Both the position numbers and the translations under genes were made by a program. Source: Actinomycetes bacterium (lineage in GTDB: Bacteria; Actinomycetota; Aquicultoria; UBA3085; Oleimmundimicrobiaceae). From it: a DNA stretch of 64,000 nt. This document shows positions 58,917-64,000 of the stretch, one piece after another (the stretch's first letter is position 1; every line of letters begins with the position of its first letter). The notes below the pieces were generated by a model, which worked only from the letters and a program-made list of their open reading frames with translations, did not search any database and had not been told where the DNA came from. The stretch is from the NCBI GenBank assembly GCA_030614255.1, contig JAUWKI010000002.1, positions 4,449-68,448 of the forward strand. The letters run 5' to 3'.

Positions 58917-60404
58917 TTACCCATTACCCTCTCGCTCTTCAGTTGCCTCTTGTGCCAATTCTATTCTCTTTAATGTCTTTTCTTTTCCAAGCACTTCAAT
59001 TGTTTCAAAAAGCGGAGGGCTTACTGTTCTTCCGGTTACGGCAACCCGAATCGGTTGAAAGACAAGTTTCGGCTTTACATCAAGCTCTGCAGGAATAGAG
59101 CGCAAGGCGGCTTCCACATTCTCGGTATCAAATTTTTCAAGTTCCTTTAACTTTTCATGCGCGGCTTCAAGCACTTTCGAAACTTCCGGGTTCTTTAATA
59201 CCTTATCTGCTGTTTTAGGATCAATTCCAATCTCCTCTTTAAAGAAGAAGTCTGTAAGTTCCAAAACATCTGTTAAACACTTTATCCGCTCTTGCACCAA
59301 AGCAGTTATCGTTTTAAGATTACCAATCCCGAAATCAGAGGGTTTTGCAAAAAAGCCGGCATCAACCCAGATTGGAATCAGCAAATCCATCAACTTATCA
59401 ACCGATAATTCACGAATATAACATCCGTTCATCCACTGAAGTTTGATATTATCAAAAATAGCGGGGTTTTTAGTAATTTTATCAAGTGTAAATTTTTCTA
59501 TTAAATCTTGGACTGAGAATATGGTCGTCTTCTCATCGTAAGACCAGCCCAAGAGAGCAAGATAGTTTAGTATCGCCCCCGGCAAATAGCCATCTTTCTT
59601 ATATTCCTCCACCGATGTGGCTCCGTGGCGTTTACTTAAAGGTTTTCCATCGGAACCCAAGATCATCGGCAGATGAGTAAAGACCGGAACTGATAAACCG
59701 AGCGCTTCATATAGAAGAATTTGTTTCGGTGTATTTGTTAGATGGTCAACACCTCTTATTATATGTGTTATTTTCATGGCGGCGTCATCGATAACGGCAG
59801 CGAAATTATATGTTGGAAGACCGTTTGCCCTGACGAGAATGAAATCCTCTAAAACAGTATTCTGAAAGACAACGTCCCCTCTTATGGTATCCGAGACAAT
59901 TGTTTCCCCTTCTTTCGGGCAAGCGAAGCGGATGGCACATTTTCGCCCTTCCTCTTCATAATCTTTTTGCTCCTTTTCAGTAAGTTTTCTGCACCGACCA
60001 TCATAGCCCGGAGGTTTGCCCGATTTTAAAGCCAACTTTCTCCGCTCTTCTAATTCCTCCGGGCTACAATAACATTTATAAGCCATCCTCGCCTTAAGCA
60101 ATTCAGCAACAGCTTCTTCATAAAAAGACAGACGTTCCGTTTGATGATAAGGCCCATAGGAGCCCCCGACCTCAGGGCCTTCGTCCCAATCCAGTCCCAG
60201 CCATTTAAGAGACGAAATGATTGCACTAGTGGCCTCTTCCGTAGAACGGCTTCTGTCAGTATCCTCTATCCTTAAGATAAACTTGCCACCGTGATGCCTG
60301 GCAAAAAGCCAGTTATAAAGAGCAGTTCTTGCCCCCCCGATGTGCAATACTCCGGTAGGGCTCGGAGCAAAACGAACCCGTATTTTTTTACTCAAAACAA
60401 TCAC
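58917..60404 (-). CDS. gltX: Glutamyl-tRNA synthetase (copy 2), candidate tRNA-Gln-charging non-discriminating GluRS
   Basis: 495 aa with HIGH-type motif (PSPTGVLHIG) and KLSKR. Paralog of the gltX at 4285. Lies immediately upstream of tRNA-Gln on the same strand. Confidence 0.9.
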   Translation of the reverse strand: MIVLSKKIRVRFAPSPTGVLHIGGARTALYNWLFARHHGGKFILRIEDTDRSRSTEEATSAIISSLKWLGLDWDEGPEVGGSYGPYHQTERLSFYEEAVAELLKARMAYKCYCSPEELEERRKLALKSGKPPGYDGRCRKLTEKEQKDYEEEGRKCAIRFACPKEGETIVSDTIRGDVVFQNTVLEDFILVRANGLPTYNFAAVIDDAAMKITHIIRGVDHLTNTPKQILLYEALGLSVPVFTHLPMILGSDGKPLSKRHGATSVEEYKKDGYLPGAILNYLALLGWSYDEKTTIFSVQDLIEKFTLDKITKNPAIFDNIKLQWMNGCYIRELSVDKLMDLLIPIWVDAGFFAKPSDFGIGNLKTITALVQERIKCLTDVLELTDFFFKEEIGIDPKTADKVLKNPEVSKVLEAAHEKLKELEKFDTENVEAALRSIPAELDVKPKLVFQPIRVAVTGRTVSPPLFETIEVLGKEKTLKRIELAQEATEEREGNG

Positions 60405-60931
60405 CTTTAAACCAATTATTACAACCTAAACAAATAGTTCACGCTGCTTGTGGATGCTAAATTACCTCATATCTAACCATGTGTCGTCAAAATAAGATAA
60501 CACAACTCAAATAATATTGACATGTTGGCATAGACAGTTCAGGTCTTTTATAAAATTTTCAAATTTCATTTTTTTTACCGAGAATCCACAACATCTTGTA
60601 TGTTGTCACAATTCTCTTGACATATTTTGTGTTTAAGCTAATATTGAAAATAACTTAGACTGGTTAGGAGGAGCGCAGATAACTCACTGGCCAAGATCGG
60701 GGATATTGATAATTTTCTTCTCCATTTTCCTCATTTCGAGGATGGTGGAAGTTTTATTTCCTAAATTATGTTCGGGACTAGGCGGTCTTTATATTGGGCC
60801 CCCTCAGATTAAAACAATTTCGTTCTTAAAAATTCATCCAACAACACATTTGATAGCAGTAGCCCGGTAAATGAATTGTAACTACAATTTATTGCTCAGC
60901 GCAAAACATTTCGCAAAATGGAGGATGAGAA

Positions 60932-61705
60932 GTGGAAACGTTTAAGCCGCAAAACGAGTGGAGTCAATATAAAGTATGTGGAGATAAAGACGCTCGCGAA
61001 AGATTAATTGTACAATACATGCCACTAGTTAAATACGTAGTTGAACGAACGGGGAGAACGTTGCCTTCTGATATCGAGGAAGATGACCTTTTAAGCTACG
61101 GAATTATTGGTTTGATAGATGCTATAGAAAAATTTGATTATAACAGGGGAATTAAGTTCGGAACATACGCAATACCCCGCATAAGAGGAGCTATCATAGA
61201 TGAACTGAGAATAAGCGACCACGCCCCTCGCTCTTTCAGACAAAAAGCAAAAAAAATGATGGGAGCATATGCAGAAGTAGAAAAACGCCTGGGACACGCC
61301 CCAAAAAATGAGGAAGTGGCCAAAGAGCTTGGTATGGATATGAAAGATTTTAATAATTTGCTTTGCGAGATAAGCAAAATATCGTTGCTCTCGCTTGAAA
61401 GTTTTGTAATTAAAGATGAGGGATCTAAGGTTACTATAGGAGAAAAGCTGAAGAACAAAGAGGCAGATAGACCTTCTAATGCCATAGAGCTAAAAGATAT
61501 CAAGGATGCTCTTGCAAAAAGTATCGAACATCTCACGGAGCAAGAGCAAATTGTTATAGCGCTCTATTATTATGATGGGCTTACACTGAAAAAAACGAGT
61601 AAAGTTTTAAATCTCTCAGAATCAAGAGTATCTCAAATACGCACAAAAGCTGTTTTACGATTGCGAGAACAACTAGACCATTTACATAAAGAAGATGCAC
61701 TTTAG
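60932..61705 (+). CDS. fliA: Flagellar/motility sigma factor FliA (sigma-28, SigD/WhiG family)
   Basis: 257 aa. YAIPRIRGAIIDELRISDHAPRSFRQ matches FliA region 2.4/3. Has a region-4 HTH. Confidence 0.8.
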   Translation: METFKPQNEWSQYKVCGDKDARERLIVQYMPLVKYVVERTGRTLPSDIEEDDLLSYGIIGLIDAIEKFDYNRGIKFGTYAIPRIRGAIIDELRISDHAPRSFRQKAKKMMGAYAEVEKRLGHAPKNEEVAKELGMDMKDFNNLLCEISKISLLSLESFVIKDEGSKVTIGEKLKNKEADRPSNAIELKDIKDALAKSIEHLTEQEQIVIALYYYDGLTLKKTSKVLNLSESRVSQIRTKAVLRLREQLDHLHKEDAL

Positions 61706-61722
61706 AAAAGAAAGAGGACTAT

Positions 61723-62103
61723 TTAACATTTACTCTCTTCTAGCACCTGGTAAACAGTTGTAACCAACGTATCAGTATCAAAGGGTTTTTTAAGATATCT
61801 TACCGCTCCTAGTTGCAATCCTTTAAACTCCTCAGCTATATAACCTAAGGCGGTTAGCATTATTATCGGTATATCTTTGCTCTCAGGTTTTGCTTTTAAC
61901 TTTTCACATACCTCCCAACCATCCATCTTCGGCATGCTTATATCCAAAATTATTAAATCGGGCTTATCCTCAGCGACCTTTTTGAGAGCTTCTTCCCCAT
62001 CCCCGGCCCCGATTACCTTAAAACCTTCATTTGCGAGTTTTAATGTAATCAATCTAACTATGTCTACTTCATCATCTACAACAAGAATCTTTTCTTTTTC
62101 CAT
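61723..62103 (-). CDS. Single-domain CheY-like response regulator receiver protein
   Basis: 126 aa with a phosphoacceptor Asp context (ILVVDDE...DLIILDISMP). Confidence 0.8.
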   Translation of the reverse strand: MEKEKILVVDDEVDIVRLITLKLANEGFKVIGAGDGEEALKKVAEDKPDLIILDISMPKMDGWEVCEKLKAKPESKDIPIIMLTALGYIAEEFKGLQLGAVRYLKKPFDTDTLVTTVYQVLEESKC

Positions 62104-62267
62104 AATAACTCTATCCCCCTCATAGCTAACTACTCTACTACTTTATATATCTTTACAAGTGATATTCTTCAAAAAAAAAAGTTTTCCTGCCACATCCCGC
62201 TAATTAAAAAATTTTTGAACAAGAGTTTATATTTCCATATCGCATTTACTAATAATGGGGAAGAAAT

Positions 62268-62636
62268 ATGAAACAATTTACTGAAATTAGAACCAGCAAC
62301 GCTCAGTTTGCACACTTGGTAAAGACAAAACAATTGGAATTCCAAATTGGGGAAATGGTCATAACTATCAAGTGCACAATAAGAAATTCCAAAATATTTG
62401 AAGTCATCTCCTTTAAACAGTATGACAAATTTATCATAGAAACTGAAGTAAAAATAAGACATCGGCTTATAGGAAAACATGACAAAAATTTAGATAGCCT
62501 TTTAAGGCCGATAAAGAATGAAACAAGCCAACTGTGTGGCCCACTTGAAGAATATAGATATATCAATGACTTCAAGGGGGTCATTGAGAAAGGAATGGGT
62601 TTTCTGGGAGAGACAGGTTTTTTAAAATTTGCTTGA
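62268..62636 (+). CDS. Hypothetical protein
   Basis: 122 aa ORF with no recognisable family. Weak call. Confidence 0.3.
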   Translation: MKQFTEIRTSNAQFAHLVKTKQLEFQIGEMVITIKCTIRNSKIFEVISFKQYDKFIIETEVKIRHRLIGKHDKNLDSLLRPIKNETSQLCGPLEEYRYINDFKGVIEKGMGFLGETGFLKFA

Positions 62637-62682
62637 TGTCCAATTTAATTTTTTACACAACTTTTCCTCGAATACCGACCCA

Positions 62683-63822
62683 CTAAACCTTCCTCAATTT
62701 ATTTTTGGCTTTCCTTAAAACTTCTGTTTCGCAATCTAAAAGTTGCATGGCAAGACGCGGCGGGAGAACAGCGGTTTTTAAACAACCATTTTCTTTGCAG
62801 ATTAAGAAACGCATGTTCTTATGAGAAACTGCCCTCCATTTTAGCTTGTACTTCTCCCCGCCTCTTAAAAAATCGAAATAAGAAAACTTCTTTGCTATTG
62901 AATCACGGATTGCTTCACCTGTAAGAAATGTCCCTATACTTAAATGCTCCCAACGTGGATCGAATCCACCAAGATAATAATAGAAACGGCCATCGTACTC
63001 GAAACCATATAATGAAGCCGCCGCTTCATCGTCCAGCTTCAAAAGATATAAGGCCAACCAACCTTTCTTATAAAAATGACTTGCTATATCAGAATGAAAA
63101 GCTCGATATCGCTTGCTCCAAAAAAGCCCCGGTAATTTTCTTGCTCGCCATCTCTTCTGGTGAAGATTAAAAAGAACATTCATCCCAAAAACAACGTCAT
63201 CGGCTCTTTCGTTTAAGTTGTAGATATCGACCTTGTGCTCTTTAAAAATACGTCTGGAGCAATAACTTAAGTTATGTCGAAACTTTTTACTTAATGTCCC
63301 CGCAAGCTCATCCCAATTGGATGGCAGTGAAAGCGTGAGTGAATCATCCTGAAAAAGTCCCACCTCCCCAAAACCACTCCCTTTAATTAAAGATTTAAAG
63401 AGATCAACATAGGGCAAATCTTCCGGTAGTTGTTGTAAGTCCACAACGTCCCAATTTACATATGTTGTGGAAAGATGTTTGAGCAACTCCTCGATAAACC
63501 TTTCTTTCTTTTCAGGCAAGACAATAAATCCTCCATAATCTGAAGGACCGGTTCCTAAAAGAGAAAGCACCTTAATTGGCAATCCATAATATGACTTACT
63601 CAAGCAAAAAGGAGCTATGCCGACTAAATCCTTCTCCGTAGCAACTAATATATATAACTTTTTATCTCTAGCATAATATTTCCACCACGACCATTGCCAT
63701 TCCCAGGTTTGGAATATATTCCCTCCGCTATTAGCAAGCAAAGCACCCCATCTCTCTCTAATAGCTTCAAATTCTTTTTTGGTAGTAATGACATCGATTT
63801 TCATTTCTCTTTGTTCCCCCAA
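62683..63822 (-). CDS. GNAT-fold acyltransferase of the CelD/BioF2-like (FemAB-related) family
   Basis: 379 aa with a C-terminal GNAT-like region (YYYLGGFDPRWEHLSIG). Tentative. Confidence 0.5.
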   Translation of the reverse strand: MGEQREMKIDVITTKKEFEAIRERWGALLANSGGNIFQTWEWQWSWWKYYARDKKLYILVATEKDLVGIAPFCLSKSYYGLPIKVLSLLGTGPSDYGGFIVLPEKKERFIEELLKHLSTTYVNWDVVDLQQLPEDLPYVDLFKSLIKGSGFGEVGLFQDDSLTLSLPSNWDELAGTLSKKFRHNLSYCSRRIFKEHKVDIYNLNERADDVVFGMNVLFNLHQKRWRARKLPGLFWSKRYRAFHSDIASHFYKKGWLALYLLKLDDEAAASLYGFEYDGRFYYYLGGFDPRWEHLSIGTFLTGEAIRDSIAKKFSYFDFLRGGEKYKLKWRAVSHKNMRFLICKENGCLKTAVLPPRLAMQLLDCETEVLRKAKNKLRKV

Positions 63823-63888
63823 AAAAACAAAAAGAAGATCAAAAATTGATCTTCTTTTTAAAATCTATGTAGGTTTTTTTGCTAAACT

Positions 63889-64000
63889 TCCTTTCCGGTC
63901 ACCCCAATATCTTCGTTATGTTTTATAAAGACCGGACAATCTTCGCAACTCGAATAAACCTTACACAAACAGCCATTTCTCTCTTCCCAGCAATTCTTCC
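63889..64000 (-). CDS. C-terminal fragment of a Cys-rich protein (runs off the window)
   Basis: The minus-strand frame ...CWEERNGCLCKVYSSCEDCPVFIKHNEDIGVTGKEV* ends at about 63889. Confidence 0.3.

Noticed and set aside
60405-60700. T-box leader upstream of the second gltX
   Set aside because: No AATTAGGGTGGNACCGCG T-box core or specifier/antiterminator arrangement is visible on the minus strand.

Overview
This is a 64 kb chromosomal segment from a low-GC, Firmicutes-like bacterium, with almost every gene on the minus strand. Gene order follows the classic Bacillus/Clostridia layout. Reading along the minus strand from high to low coordinates the genes run: tilS-hpt-ftsH; the folate operon folE-folP-folK; the pantothenate genes panG(DUF2520)-panB-panC-panD; nadA-nadB-nadC; birA-bioY with a BirA operator; coaX; an NHL-repeat secreted protein; a five-gene operon (HTH regulator, unknown protein, class-III aminotransferase, SRPBCC protein, cyanobacterial-type acyl-ACP-reductase (AAR) homolog); then greA-lysS-mcsA-mcsB-clpC-radA-disA-[plus-strand small Cys-rich gene]-yacL-ispD-ispF-gltX-cysE-cysS-rlmB-yacP-sigH. 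The right half holds a complete futalosine-route menaquinone cluster (mqnP/mqnL/ubiX-like, two MqnC/MqnE radical-SAM genes, mqnA, mqnD, mqnB, plus a 3' mqnC-like gene fragment). It also holds an AmrS-like radical SAM gene with a HAD phosphatase, a GT-A glycosyltransferase and a SAM hydroxide adenosyltransferase; three tRNAs (Arg-CCG, Glu-CTC, Gln-CTG); a second gltX lying just upstream of tRNA-Gln; an MFS transporter; fliA; and a CheY-like regulator. The most unusual signal is in the intergenic DNA. Nearly every spacer is made of degenerate heptanucleotide-periodic tandem repeats reminiscent of cyanobacterial STRR elements. Superimposed on these are a recurring 5'UTR word ACTACCGAC(TTAAGRG) next to ribosome-binding sites, a family of CCCGCC-N4-GGCGGG hairpins, and two dispersed repeat elements of ~45 bp and ~60 bp. 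There is also a GC-rich structured ~300 bp island followed by an intrinsic-terminator-like attenuator directly upstream of folE. I found no CRISPR array, no rRNA and no obvious mobile element.
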